This document shows positions 50,649 to 61,166 of a stretch of 64,000 nucleotides of DNA, piece by piece. The position numbers and the translations under genes were made by a program. Within the stretch, counting starts at the first letter, position 1. Each line of letters begins with the position of its first letter. Source of the DNA: Verrucomicrobiia bacterium (GTDB lineage: Bacteria > Verrucomicrobiota > Verrucomicrobiia > Limisphaerales > UBA11358); assembly GCA_049692125.1 (NCBI GenBank), contig JBAVOO010000057.1:2421-66420 (forward strand). The letters run 5' to 3'. Below the pieces are notes generated by a model, which ran no database searches, was not told where the DNA came from, and saw only the letters and a list, made by a program, of their open reading frames with translations.

Positions 50649-51746
50649 GTGCGCGTGAAAGCCGCCATCCTGCACGGCAGGGAAAAAATTCAAATTGAGG
50701 ACGTCGCGCCGCCCGCGCTCAAACCGGGCGAAGTCCGCATCCGCATCGAAGCCGCGCTTACCTGCGGCACGGATTTGAAGGTTTTCAAACGCGGTTATCA
50801 TGCCAAAATGATAGTGCCCCCCGCCGTCTTCGGCCATGAACTCGCCGGCGTCATTTCAGAAATCGCCCCCCTCGCCCCATCCCTCTCCCCGCCCAGCGGG
50901 GAGAGGGTGGCCGCCAGGCCGGGTGAGGGGTTGCCAAACATTTGGTCTGTGGGCGACCGCGTGGTCGTCGCGAATTCCGCGCCGTGCGGCGGCTGTTTTC
51001 ATTGCCGCGCCGGTCAGGAAAATCTTTGCGAAGACCTGTTGTTTCTCAACGGCGCTTACGCTGAATCCATCGCCGTTCCCGCGCGGCTCGTCCAAAAAAA
51101 TCTCCTGCGCCTCAAGCCGGAAACCCATTTCCGCGACGCCGCGCTCGTCGAACCGCTGGCCTGCGTCGTGCAAGGCGTCGAGGACACGCAACTGCGCGCC
51201 GGACAAAACGTGCTGGTCATCGGCGCCGGGCCGATTGGTTTGATGTTCGTCGTGCTGGCCAAAAATCTCGGCGGCCACGTCACCGTCGCCGGCCGGCGCG
51301 CACCACGACTGGAAGCCGCGCAACGGCTCGGCGCAAATCAGGTCGTGGACATCGGCGACGGCAGCGGATTGGTCACCAAAGTTCGCGAAGCAACGAAGAC
51401 GCATTTTGACGCAGTGATTGAGGCCGTTGGCCAGCCGGTGGTTTGGGAAGCCGCCGCGCACCTGGTGCGCAAAGGCGGCACGGTGAATTTTTTTGGCGGC
51501 TGCCCGTCCGGCACCACCATCACGCTCGACACGACGCTCATCCATTATTCCAACCTCACTCTGCTCGCGAGTTTCCATCACACGCCGCGCACGATCCGGC
51601 GGGCGTTGGAATTCATCGAAACGGGCGTGGTTCGCGCGGCGGATTTTGTGGATGGCGAATGTCCGCTCTCGCAGTTGCCGGAGTTGTTCAAATCCATGGC
51701 CGCGGGCAATCGTGTCATCAAAACGTTGATCCGCGTGCAGGAGTGA
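50649..51746 (+). CDS. zinc-dependent medium-chain alcohol/polyol dehydrogenase
   Basis: CGTDLKVF...GHELAGV...CGGCFHCRAGQENLC...VIGAGPIGL. Confidence 0.85.
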   Translation: MRVKAAILHGREKIQIEDVAPPALKPGEVRIRIEAALTCGTDLKVFKRGYHAKMIVPPAVFGHELAGVISEIAPLAPSLSPPSGERVAARPGEGLPNIWSVGDRVVVANSAPCGGCFHCRAGQENLCEDLLFLNGAYAESIAVPARLVQKNLLRLKPETHFRDAALVEPLACVVQGVEDTQLRAGQNVLVIGAGPIGLMFVVLAKNLGGHVTVAGRRAPRLEAAQRLGANQVVDIGDGSGLVTKVREATKTHFDAVIEAVGQPVVWEAAAHLVRKGGTVNFFGGCPSGTTITLDTTLIHYSNLTLLASFHHTPRTIRRALEFIETGVVRAADFVDGECPLSQLPELFKSMAAGNRVIKTLIRVQE

Positions 51747-51798
51747 AAATTGCGGAACGAGGCTTGCCGCCCCGGAGCAAAGACCTGCGGGCCTTGAC

Positions 51799-51949
51799 GG
51801 AATTCCGAATGCCGAATGTCGAAATCCGAAATCCCGCAAAGCGGGACGGACTCCGAGGTCCGAAACAATCCAATGGCCGGCCCAACTTTCGGCCTTCGGG
51901 TTTCGAGGTTCGGGCTTCCTTCGGAATTCGGATTTCGAGCTTCGGATTT
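51799..51949. repeat. MITE/REP-like element with GAAATCCGAAAT-type inverted arms (copy 3 of 3)
   Basis: Left arm ggaattccgaatgccgaatgtcgaaatccgaaatc. Right arm ...cttcggaattcggatttcgagcttcggattt. Core ggccggcccaac. Confidence 0.7.
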
Positions 51950-51953
51950 TAAA

Positions 51954-53522
51954 TCACCGCTTCAAAAAATCCTCCAGGGCTCCCTGCATTTTCTGCAGGT
52001 CGGGCAGGTTGACATACATCATGTGGCCGGCGTCGAACTCGGCGTAGGTGATGTTGGTGCGGTAGGCGGCATCAAGCTGCATGTGTTCCAGCGCGTAGTG
52101 CATCGTGTCAATCGGGCAGACCAGGTCGCACCGTCCGCCCAGCACGAGCAGCCGCATGTAAGGATTCTGGTTCATCGTGCCGGCGAGCTTTTCCCCGGCG
52201 TTGGCGTAGTTGTTGTAGACACCGTAATTCCACGGCTGCACGCCGACCAGAATTTCATAAGGCAAATCATCCTCGAATTTTAATTCCTGGCGCGCGTAGG
52301 CGTTCATTGCCGCCGCGAACGGTCCGTAAGTCGCCGCGTAGGACGGATCGAAATCGGGATGCGGTGCAGCCGGGTCGTCGTCGCGTCCGGTGATGCGCGC
52401 GTCGTAATCGCCGAGGATCAAGCCCTGATCGTGCAGCAATTGCTTGCGGAACACGCCGCTGCCCACCCGCAGATGGTTGTCTTCGATGACTTGCGGTTTC
52501 AAGCCGGTGAGCCGCGCGAGTTCGGCAACGGCTTTTTTGCGTTCATCGGTGGAAAGCGAATCGCCCCGTTGCAGGGCGGCGGGGTATTCGCCCCGGGCAA
52601 ATTCGCGCGCTTCGGCGAGCGCCTTGGGCAGATCGGATTGCAAATCGGGCGGCAGTTTTTTGTGGAAATGCGCCGCCGCCGTGTAGGCGGGCAAATAGAG
52701 CGGGTAGGGCGCGTCGTTGCCCGGATTGTTCCGGATGGCCGCAAAATCCAGAACGCCGGAAACGAAAATCAACCCGTTCAAATACATCCCGTAACGCGAG
52801 CGCAAGTGGTCGGCGAGCCCCGCCGCGCGAAAAACACCGTAGCTTTCGCCGCAGAGATATTTCGGCGAGAGCCAGCGTTCGTGCCGCGTCGTCCAGAGCC
52901 GGATGAATTCGCCGACGGAATCGAGATCGGCGGAATCACCGAAAAATTGATCGGGCTTTTCGTCTTTAACCGGGCGGCTGAAACCGGTGGCGACCGGATC
53001 GATGAACACCAGATCGCTGCCGTCCAAAATGGAATACTCGTTGTCCACGAGGCCGAAGGGCAGCGGCGGCAAGGTGCCGTCCTCGTTCATTTTCACGCGG
53101 CGCGGGCCGAGCGCGCCGAGGTGCAGCCACACGGACGACGAGCCGGGCCCGCCATTGAAGCAAAACGTGACGGGCCGCGTGGCCGGGTTGGTCTGGCCGG
53201 TGCGCGTGTAAGCGACGTAAAAAACCGACGCGCGGGAAGTGCCGTCGGTTTTGAGAATGGGCAACATTCCGGTTTCCGCAACGTAAGTCACGCGCTGGCC
53301 GGCGATGGCCACGGTGTTCGTCGTGAAGACCGGCTTGTGTGTGGCATCGGGAATCGTCGCGGCTTCAACTTTCGCGGCCGGCGGCCCGTTGGTGCCCGCC
53401 GTCGCTTCGCTTTGGCGCGGCGAGCCGGCGGCGGGCGAATTGGTCGGGTTGATTTTGGGCGCCTCGGCGGCGCGCAGGCCGGCGGCGAAGGCCAGGAGCA
53501 GAATCCAGCTATATTTTTTCAT
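51954..53522 (-). CDS. secreted S10-family serine carboxypeptidase
   Basis: Signal peptide, FCFNGGPGSSSVW and CGESYG motifs. Confidence 0.8.
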   Translation of the reverse strand: MKKYSWILLLAFAAGLRAAEAPKINPTNSPAAGSPRQSEATAGTNGPPAAKVEAATIPDATHKPVFTTNTVAIAGQRVTYVAETGMLPILKTDGTSRASVFYVAYTRTGQTNPATRPVTFCFNGGPGSSSVWLHLGALGPRRVKMNEDGTLPPLPFGLVDNEYSILDGSDLVFIDPVATGFSRPVKDEKPDQFFGDSADLDSVGEFIRLWTTRHERWLSPKYLCGESYGVFRAAGLADHLRSRYGMYLNGLIFVSGVLDFAAIRNNPGNDAPYPLYLPAYTAAAHFHKKLPPDLQSDLPKALAEAREFARGEYPAALQRGDSLSTDERKKAVAELARLTGLKPQVIEDNHLRVGSGVFRKQLLHDQGLILGDYDARITGRDDDPAAPHPDFDPSYAATYGPFAAAMNAYARQELKFEDDLPYEILVGVQPWNYGVYNNYANAGEKLAGTMNQNPYMRLLVLGGRCDLVCPIDTMHYALEHMQLDAAYRTNITYAEFDAGHMMYVNLPDLQKMQGALEDFLKR

Positions 53523-53713
53523 TGGCAGTTCTTCGTTTTGCGTCGGGAAAAATGCGCTTTCGTCCCCTGAAACGCAAGTGGTGTGTCGAACCGGTCGTCA
53601 TTTTGCGGGCAACCCGGAACCCCGGCAATCTGGGACCGACTTGCCAGGACCGGTTCAGCCGTCGCACGCGGAAGTGGCCGTCTTGCCTTGGTCGCGGTGA
53701 ATCAGATTCTGCT

Positions 53714-56572
53714 TTATGGGCGGGTGATCCGCAGCCGGATGAAGCCGGCGGCGGACGACCTGACCGGCGTGTTGTCGTGAACCTGCAGGAGGGTTGGAGT
53801 GTTTTGGTCAATGGTGGTTCCATTGGTTGTCCAAAGCGTTGTCAGGTTATCGGTCACTTCGATGAGGAACGTGACATCGGTGGCGCTCGGGTTCTTGGGC
53901 ACGGTCAGACGGAGGTATCCGGTGCTGATGTCGCCGAAGATGGGGTTGGCGGCAGGAACAAGCGGATCCAGGCCCAGGGCGTATTTGAGCAGGTTGGGCA
54001 TGCCGTCGCTGGTTGCGATGGCCGTGTCGGCGGCCACACCGCTGTCGCCGGTGGTTCCGAACCATTGCAACCGCCAAAACTGGATGGGGGCGAGGGGAAT
54101 GACCGTGGTTGGGTCGCTGGCGTTATCATTCCCCGTATTGATTTCACCACCGCCGGAAACAGTTGCGACGTTGGTCAGGCTGGAAGCAGCGTTGGTGGAA
54201 ACGTTCACAATGACGGTGATGGGCGGGTAACCCGCGCCGGGGGCCAGACTTTCAGACCGGGTGCAGGTGAGCGTGCCCAGATCGGTCGCCCAACCGGCGC
54301 CGCTGATGGCCGTGGCCGTAAGCCCGGCAGGAAGCGCGTCAACCACACTCACCGATCCGACGGTGGCTGCGGTGCCGTTGTTTGTAACGGTGACGGTATA
54401 GGTGTCACCACTGTCGCCCTGGGTGAAACTTCCCGCGTGAGTCAGGGAGATGACAAGGTCGGGGAACGAGGTAATGACCGGTGAGATCGTGCCCTGGACG
54501 GCAAAGTCCAGCGCCGTGCTGCTGGCCACGTCGAAAACATACCACGTGCCCGAAGCGCCGCCGCCGTAATTGACGATGCGGAAGGTGACATTGGTGCCCG
54601 GGCCGACGTTTTGGAGGGCGGCAATTCCGGTCAGGTTGATCGGACTTAAAGAAGCTCCGCCACTGGTGTTGGTAGGGTAGGATAATGAGGTAATGTCGGT
54701 GAACGCTCCCGAACCGATTTGATACTGCAACACACCGCTGGCCGGACCGGTGGCCGAGCGCCGATAATCGAATTCGCTGATGGCGGCATAGGATACCGTG
54801 TAACCACTATTGGCCGCTGCGCTGAAGGTGATAAATTGGTTGGCGGCGACAGCCGCTGCGGCAGTGGAACCCGTAAAAGCATTGCCTCCCCAAGCCCGCG
54901 CTGCGCCGGTGCCGCTGGTGCCCACCCCTGAACCGCGCGTCAGCCCTCCCACCAGGAGGTTGGCCGCGTTGGTTGTGGGTGACAGCGGTGAAGGACCATA
55001 ATTACCGTTACCACCCGGAAGACTGCTCACGTCCCAGCCGAACAAAGTGGAAACGCTGCCGCTGACCACTGATGCATTAATGGCGGTGACGTCGTCGGCC
55101 AGGTTGTTCGCCGGGTTGACATCACCGCCGCCGGCGACCGTGGCGATGTTGGTGACACTGGCGGGGGCATTGGAAGCGACATTTACGGTGACGACGATGG
55201 GTGGATAGCTCGCCCCCGCGAACAAGGCATTGGAACGCGTGCAGGTGAGCGTGCCCAGATCCGTCGTCCAGCCGACCCCGCTGATCGCAGTGGCGGCAAG
55301 CCCGGCGGGCAGCGCATCAACCACGGTGATCGTGCCGGTCGAGGCCAGATCGCCGGCATTGGTGACCGTAATGGTGTAGGTATCCCCGGTGTCGCGTTGG
55401 GAAAAGTTGCCGAAATGGGTTGTGGTGACCGCCAGATCAACGGTTGAACCGGTCACGATGAAACCGTTGGAACTGACGACCGTGCCCGTGGGTGTCGTGA
55501 CGCTGATTTGGCCGGCGGTGGAATCGGCGGGCACCGTGGCGGTGATCTGGGTGCCCGAATTCACGTCATAGGCCGCACTCACACCATCGAACGTGACCTC
55601 CGAGGCGGAACTGAAGTTCGTACCGCTGACGATGACGGTGGCGCCGACGGCACCACTCGCCGGGGAAAAGCCGGTGATGACCGGTGGCGCATTGTTCTGG
55701 CCATCCACCTCGTTGCGGAGCGCGGAGGCAATGTCCGGCGGCAGGGCGGTGAAGAACGTAAAACCAGTGTCCACTTCGATCTGTCTGGCGGAGGTAATGT
55801 AATTCTGCCAGGTGCTGCTCACGGAATTGCTGTTGGGGATTTTCAAGGAAATCACCCGGGTGGCCGCCGTAATCCGGCTTAAAGCCGTGTCGGCACCGGG
55901 CGGAACCACCACGACAATTTTCCAGGTATAAGCCGGAACAAAAACCCTTTGACTGGGCTGGATCAGCGAACCATCAAAGCCGCTGGGGCCGCAAATGATC
56001 ATTAATTCATCGCCGGACAATGCCAGCGTTCGGCAATAATCTTCGAAGTTTCCCCATACACCCTCATTATTATCGGGCGCCTGCGGGATGATGTTCGACA
56101 TCAAAAAGACCAGCGCGTTATCCGTGTCATTATCAGTCCGGTCAGCCGAGGGACACATGTGACCGCGGTCATAGCCCGCTCCACTATAGTCGGTGGGGGT
56201 CACTTCGTAAAAACCCGATGGCAGGCTCGTATCGGTGATGAAATCAGGGGAACGTCCGCTGGAACCGAGGTCACTGGCGGTCAGATCCCAGCTCGCCCAG
56301 TTGGGTTCGCCCAGAACATCGCTGTAATCGATGGCCTCGACCGTGCGCTGAATCAGGTAATGATTATGATCGTTCGTGTCGGCGGTGGCGCCGCTGGGAT
56401 TGCCCAATTGCATCTGCAATGTGGCGTCAATGACGGCTCTTGCCTGCGGGATGGTGGCGAACAGCGCCCATGCGCCCATCAAGACCAGAAACAAATTCCG
56501 TGCGGAGCGCTTGAAAACGGTTTTTTTCAATTGGAGGGGAGATTGGATTTCCTGCGGTCTTTCAAAAAACAA
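53714..56572 (-). CDS. secreted DNA/RNA non-specific endonuclease fused to IPT/TIG and two DUF11-like repeat modules
   Basis: DRGHMCPSADR...SNIIPQAPDNNEGVWGNFE (Serratia NucA-type motif). ITGFSPASGAVGATVIVSGTNF (IPT). Duplicated modules at aa 378-492 and 705-819. Confidence 0.85.
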   Translation of the reverse strand: MFFERPQEIQSPLQLKKTVFKRSARNLFLVLMGAWALFATIPQARAVIDATLQMQLGNPSGATADTNDHNHYLIQRTVEAIDYSDVLGEPNWASWDLTASDLGSSGRSPDFITDTSLPSGFYEVTPTDYSGAGYDRGHMCPSADRTDNDTDNALVFLMSNIIPQAPDNNEGVWGNFEDYCRTLALSGDELMIICGPSGFDGSLIQPSQRVFVPAYTWKIVVVVPPGADTALSRITAATRVISLKIPNSNSVSSTWQNYITSARQIEVDTGFTFFTALPPDIASALRNEVDGQNNAPPVITGFSPASGAVGATVIVSGTNFSSASEVTFDGVSAAYDVNSGTQITATVPADSTAGQISVTTPTGTVVSSNGFIVTGSTVDLAVTTTHFGNFSQRDTGDTYTITVTNAGDLASTGTITVVDALPAGLAATAISGVGWTTDLGTLTCTRSNALFAGASYPPIVVTVNVASNAPASVTNIATVAGGGDVNPANNLADDVTAINASVVSGSVSTLFGWDVSSLPGGNGNYGPSPLSPTTNAANLLVGGLTRGSGVGTSGTGAARAWGGNAFTGSTAAAAVAANQFITFSAAANSGYTVSYAAISEFDYRRSATGPASGVLQYQIGSGAFTDITSLSYPTNTSGGASLSPINLTGIAALQNVGPGTNVTFRIVNYGGGASGTWYVFDVASSTALDFAVQGTISPVITSFPDLVISLTHAGSFTQGDSGDTYTVTVTNNGTAATVGSVSVVDALPAGLTATAISGAGWATDLGTLTCTRSESLAPGAGYPPITVIVNVSTNAASSLTNVATVSGGGEINTGNDNASDPTTVIPLAPIQFWRLQWFGTTGDSGVAADTAIATSDGMPNLLKYALGLDPLVPAANPIFGDISTGYLRLTVPKNPSATDVTFLIEVTDNLTTLWTTNGTTIDQNTPTLLQVHDNTPVRSSAAGFIRLRITRP

Positions 56573-57717
56573 CGATGGTGTGACCTTTCAATGAAGGATT
56601 GACGCGAAATAGTTGCTGCCGGGTGGCGAGACAGGGAAAATCAGGCAAACATTGACTCAAGTCGATTGTTGCACACAATAAAATTACGGTTGGAGGCCGC
56701 AGGCGGCCGGGGCGGGGGGCGAAGGAAGTTGAAAACGTGCTGTGGGTGTCCGGCCGCGTGACATTGTCCGTCCGCGGGTTCGCAGTGCCACTGTTCGCCG
56801 GCGAATCGAAATTTTGGGCGTGCGTTCCACCGCCCATTAAAACCCGCGCCGACACCGGTTGCGTCGAAATAATCGCTGCGATGATTCCAAAAACAACCCA
56901 CCTTTTTTGCAATCCCAATCCCAAATACAACCGGGATTTTTTCAAGGCTTAAATAAATCTATGTCGAATCATTGTTGCTTCAAATATCCGCCCGGCGAAG
57001 GCGATTGTCGAGCCAATTCCTTGGCGCGGCCGCTCAAAAGACGCGACCGGGCACTCCCAATGTAGCGGCAACCATCCTTGGCTGCCGTATCGCCCGGCTT
57101 CCAGTCAGGGTTTACTGCGTGCGGATGCGGAAGAATTTCAACGGTTCGGTGGCGTGGGTGTTCGGGGTGTAATTGTAATTCTTCGCCATCAGATTTGTCC
57201 CCACGGCAGTCCACGCCGCTTCGACGCGCGAAATGAAGGCGGTCCGGGCATTTCCAGCGTCTCGTCACTGCGGAGGGTGAAGCGGGCTGTCGCCCGCGCC
57301 CCGCTGCCATTTTCGCGAGCCTCAAGCATACGTCGAGGAAGCCAGGCCGTTTGACGGACAAGTGTCGTTCGAATTCCGTGAAAATGTGAACAACTTTTAG
57401 GTGAAATAAATGCTTGCCATCGTCCGCAAACGGTGTAAAAATCTCTTCAACTGGGGATGGTGAGTCTGGGTCGAAATGCAAACGGAAGCGGTTCGGTTTT
57501 GTCAGAAACATGAAGAAACGTGAAAGCAGCGGGGCGGTTCGGGGAAGAGTTTTGCCGGATATTGATCCCGGCGAGAGCGGCAAAACATGACTCAATTGTT
57601 TCCAAAATGTCACGCAGGCCCGGCGCGTTTGGTGTAAGATTCAACCGCAAACGTCATTATGCCTGAAACTCAAATAAAATCAACCAGCCAGAGAAAACAT
57701 TCAAACCAGAACGACCT

Positions 57718-59919
57718 ATGAAAAAAATAACAACCTTTGTCATCCTTTCATTTTTTGCCGCCCTGTCCGCGCGGGCAACGGTGCTTTTCCATGACACATT
57801 GAGTTACCCGAACGGATGTATTGAATCCGACGGCCTTTGGTATGCCTACACCCCGGCAACGCCTCATCTGGACGCCTTTGTGACGAATGATCTTTTGATT
57901 CTCAATCAAAACAATTATGACGGCGTCGCGGCGCCATCCAACAATTTCACCAATACTCCGGGAAACACGATTGTGTTTGAGAGCTTTACCATCAATGTCA
58001 GCACGCTGCCGACGGCCAATGGCGGTTACTTCGCCAATTTCAAGGACACCACCAATGACTATGTTGGCCACATTTTTATTGCCACCAAAGGTACGGTCGT
58101 GCCTGGAACCTATCGGTTGGGCGTTGATAATGCCGCCACTTCTTCGTCTGCGACTGGGGTTGCATTTTTCCCGTTGGATTTGGCCACCGGCATCACCTAT
58201 CAGGTGGTTTGCAGTTACGATGTGAACACTGGTGATCCATATCCCAACTCAACCCTTTGGGTCAATCCAGTTACGATAAACGATTACAACGTTTATGGGA
58301 CCGATCTTGTAACCAATCCCCTTCAAGTGAACATAGTGATTTCGCAGGTTGCTTTCAGCCAATACACCGATCAGGGTGTGGCCGCGATCGGCAATGTCAT
58401 TGTTGGCACAACCTTCGGCGATGTTCAAATCAATACTCCTCAAATTCCAGTGATTGGCATCGGACCGCAAAGCACCAATATTTATTCAGGTAACAATCTG
58501 ACGCTTTATGTGGCGGCGTCCGGCCTTGGCCAGTTGAGCTATCAATGGCTTTCCAATAGCGTTCCGCTTTCCGACGGCACATACGTTTCAGGCTCGGTGT
58601 CCAATGTGCTCGCTTTGACCTATCTGCAACACACCGCCAATTACAGCGTGGTTGTTTCCAACTCGGCGGGCAGCGTTACCAGCGCGGTGGCCGTGGTTAC
58701 GGTTAACACCAACCTCACGCCGCCGTTTTTCACCGCCCAGCCGTATGGTGCCACCAACACCCTCGGTTCCACCATCACGTTGAGTGCGCTTGCCAGTGGC
58801 ACCGGGCCGTTGACTTATCAGTGGTATTTTGAACCGGCCAGTGGCGGCGGTTTTAGTTCTGTGTCGGGACAAACCAGTTCGACCTTGTCCCTGGCCAACG
58901 CCAATTTCTTGGAATCGGGATACTATTATGTTCAAGCCAGCGGCGGCGCTGGCAGCCCTACAAACAGCGCAACCGTCACTGTGCTGGTCGTGCCGCCGGC
59001 AACGGTAACGATTGGCTACCTGCACAGTTTTCTGACCAATAATCCCCCCAGTAATAATTATTATCCCAACGGCTCAACGATGTATAATGTTCAGGGTGTG
59101 GTTACGTCTTTTGGTGAAGAGATGTCACAAACTTACTCTGAGTTCTTTATTCAAGATGGGACGGGCGGTGCGCTGGTATATCTTAATGGATTCGGCAACA
59201 CCAACATACTGCCCGCTGGCACCCTGGTGCTTGTGACGGGTGAAGTGGAGGAGTATTATGGAGAAGTGGAAGTGGTTCTGGCCAACCCCACCAACATAAA
59301 TGTAGTCAGTTACAACAACCCGCTGCCGGCGCCCGCGGCGCTCAACCTTCCGTTGATGGCAACCAATCCGATGGGCACTTATGGAATAAACATCCAATGT
59401 TCCCTGGTCACAATTACCAATGCGTATCTTTACTCCTCGTCATCGGGCGCTGCAGTCAGCGGCAATTTCCCGACTAATTCCCACACGGCACTGTATGCGT
59501 TTGCCCAACCCTATTCGGCCGGCCAAACGTATATGGAGATTTACGTTTATACTTATACCAACGCTGTGAACCAGTTAAACACCAATTTCTTCGGCAAACC
59601 GATACCCAGCCGTGCTTATCAAGTGACCGGGGAGATGGGGATATACAGCGTCACCGCACCCGAAATTTATCCGACGCGTTATACGGATTTTGTCACCACT
59701 ACGAACGCGCCCTTTGCGGTCGGCTTGACCGTAAGCAATGGCGTTTCCCAACTGACCTGGCCGGCGGGGGTGGCCGGCTCGACTTACAGCGTCTATAGCG
59801 CCACGAACCTCCTCGGCCCGTGGACGCAGACCTTTGGGTTGGGTTATTATCCGAGCACCGGCATTTATACTGTGACCAATGCTGCCGCCACCCAGTTCTA
59901 TAAGGTCAGCACGCCATGA
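57718..59919 (+). CDS. secreted surface protein with Ig-like (I-set) repeats and an OB-fold-like module
   Basis: Signal peptide. Two I-set-like units (...LTLYVAASGLGQLSYQWLSN...YSVVVSNSAGSVTS). The YNVQGVVTSF...FFIQDGTGGALVYL...GEVEEYYGEVEV module resembles that of ExeM/NucH-type extracellular nucleases. Confidence 0.6.
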   Translation: MKKITTFVILSFFAALSARATVLFHDTLSYPNGCIESDGLWYAYTPATPHLDAFVTNDLLILNQNNYDGVAAPSNNFTNTPGNTIVFESFTINVSTLPTANGGYFANFKDTTNDYVGHIFIATKGTVVPGTYRLGVDNAATSSSATGVAFFPLDLATGITYQVVCSYDVNTGDPYPNSTLWVNPVTINDYNVYGTDLVTNPLQVNIVISQVAFSQYTDQGVAAIGNVIVGTTFGDVQINTPQIPVIGIGPQSTNIYSGNNLTLYVAASGLGQLSYQWLSNSVPLSDGTYVSGSVSNVLALTYLQHTANYSVVVSNSAGSVTSAVAVVTVNTNLTPPFFTAQPYGATNTLGSTITLSALASGTGPLTYQWYFEPASGGGFSSVSGQTSSTLSLANANFLESGYYYVQASGGAGSPTNSATVTVLVVPPATVTIGYLHSFLTNNPPSNNYYPNGSTMYNVQGVVTSFGEEMSQTYSEFFIQDGTGGALVYLNGFGNTNILPAGTLVLVTGEVEEYYGEVEVVLANPTNINVVSYNNPLPAPAALNLPLMATNPMGTYGINIQCSLVTITNAYLYSSSSGAAVSGNFPTNSHTALYAFAQPYSAGQTYMEIYVYTYTNAVNQLNTNFFGKPIPSRAYQVTGEMGIYSVTAPEIYPTRYTDFVTTTNAPFAVGLTVSNGVSQLTWPAGVAGSTYSVYSATNLLGPWTQTFGLGYYPSTGIYTVTNAAATQFYKVSTP

Positions 59920-59940
59920 TGGCGGGGCCGGAATTGCATT

Positions 59941-60858
59941 ATGCATACCAGAATCAATGCGTCGGGCGTGAATGCCGCCGTCAAACGGCGCGCATTCACG
60001 CTCATTGAACTGTTGGTCGTCATTGCCATCATCGCCATTCTGGCGGCGCTGATCCTGCCGGCACTGGCCAAGGCCAAAGCCAAGGCCAAACAGATCAGTT
60101 GCGTTTCCAATCTGCGGCAGTGGGGACTGACCATCCAAATGTATTCCCCGGACAACAACGACGGCATACCGCGCGATGGAATGGACGTCGGGGGCACGTA
60201 TCCCAATTCCGGCAGCGGTGGCGATGGAACCCCCGGCGATTCTAACGCTTGGTTTTATCTGTTGCCGACGCTGGTAGGGGATAAAAATTTGGCCGCTTAT
60301 TACAGTGACTTCACTAGTGCGCGAGGCGGGGGGGCCACCAAGGCAACCCTTTATATGCCCTTTCCCGGCGGCAGGGGGCCTATTTGGGAATGTCCCGCTG
60401 CCAGCATGTCTTTGGCTACGGTTGCTGGAGTTGGCGGTGGCACTCCTTTGTCTGGGAACGGTGCGGACGGTTTTTTTAGTTATGACATGAACATTGACCT
60501 GAAAAAAGATCCGAGCAATTCGAGTGGAACAGTAAATCTGGCATATCCTCAAATGCCCAAGATGACCACTTTTAGACAACCGACCGCGACGGTCTTCATG
60601 TTTGATTGCGTCTTTGATCCGGTCACTGAGGTTGTCAATGCCTCACCTAGTTTCAATTCGGTCAATCCGGCAAATCGGCAACGCAGTTTCGCTGCGCGGC
60701 ATAACAGCGGTGGTATAATTAACTTTTTTGACGGTCACGCTTATTATTTCAAAGACACCTACGTCACAAACAATCCTTCCAGCGGCGGCGAAAACGAGCC
60801 ATTGGTGTCCGACATTATTTGGGACGTGCCGTATCGCGCGTCAAATCCTTCAAATTGA
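59941..60858 (+). CDS. prepilin-type N-terminal cleavage/methylation protein, DUF1559-like
   Basis: [28 protein letters not shown]-terminal [10 protein letters not shown] motif. Confidence 0.8.
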   Translation: MHTRINASGVNAAVKRRAFTLIELLVVIAIIAILAALILPALAKAKAKAKQISCVSNLRQWGLTIQMYSPDNNDGIPRDGMDVGGTYPNSGSGGDGTPGDSNAWFYLLPTLVGDKNLAAYYSDFTSARGGGATKATLYMPFPGGRGPIWECPAASMSLATVAGVGGGTPLSGNGADGFFSYDMNIDLKKDPSNSSGTVNLAYPQMPKMTTFRQPTATVFMFDCVFDPVTEVVNASPSFNSVNPANRQRSFAARHNSGGIINFFDGHAYYFKDTYVTNNPSSGGENEPLVSDIIWDVPYRASNPSN

Positions 60859-60968
60859 CCGGGTTCGCCTTTCTGGTCCAGTCCAGGGTTGGAACGGTTT
60901 TGGCCCCCCGAGGTAAAAACCCGAAAAGCGTAACCGTAAGTGCTTGATTTAGGGCGGTTCCCTCTTTC

Positions 60969-61088
60969 ATGTAGCGCAGACATTCTTGTCTGCGGGTTTG
61001 CGGGACATTCTTGTCCCGTGTTCCATCCGTACGAAAGTGGCGACTGGAAAGTCGCCAGAACCCGCAGGCTGGAAAGCCTGCGCTACAT
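60969..61088. repeat. compound REP element (four stem-loops inside an outer ATGTAGCGCAG/CTGCGCTACAT inverted repeat)
   Basis: Hairpins gcagacattcttgtctgc, gggacattcttgtccc, ggcgactggaaagtcgcc and gcaggctggaaagcctgc. Confidence 0.65.
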
Positions 61089-61166
61089 CATAACTGTATA
61101 CGCTCTAATGAGAATTTTCCGCCGTGTTCAAAAATTGAGATGCACCGCCCGGCAGGCCAGCGTAAG

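Noticed and set aside
56562-57613. ORFs 56562..56945 and 56969..57613 (minus strand) between the nuclease and the Ig-like protein.
   Set aside because: The first has a signal-peptide-like start but quickly degenerates into REP-derived sequence (APRPGRLRPP). The second ends in a REP-encoded peptide (GDTAAKDGCRYI) and has no motifs. They are probably non-coding or gene remnants.
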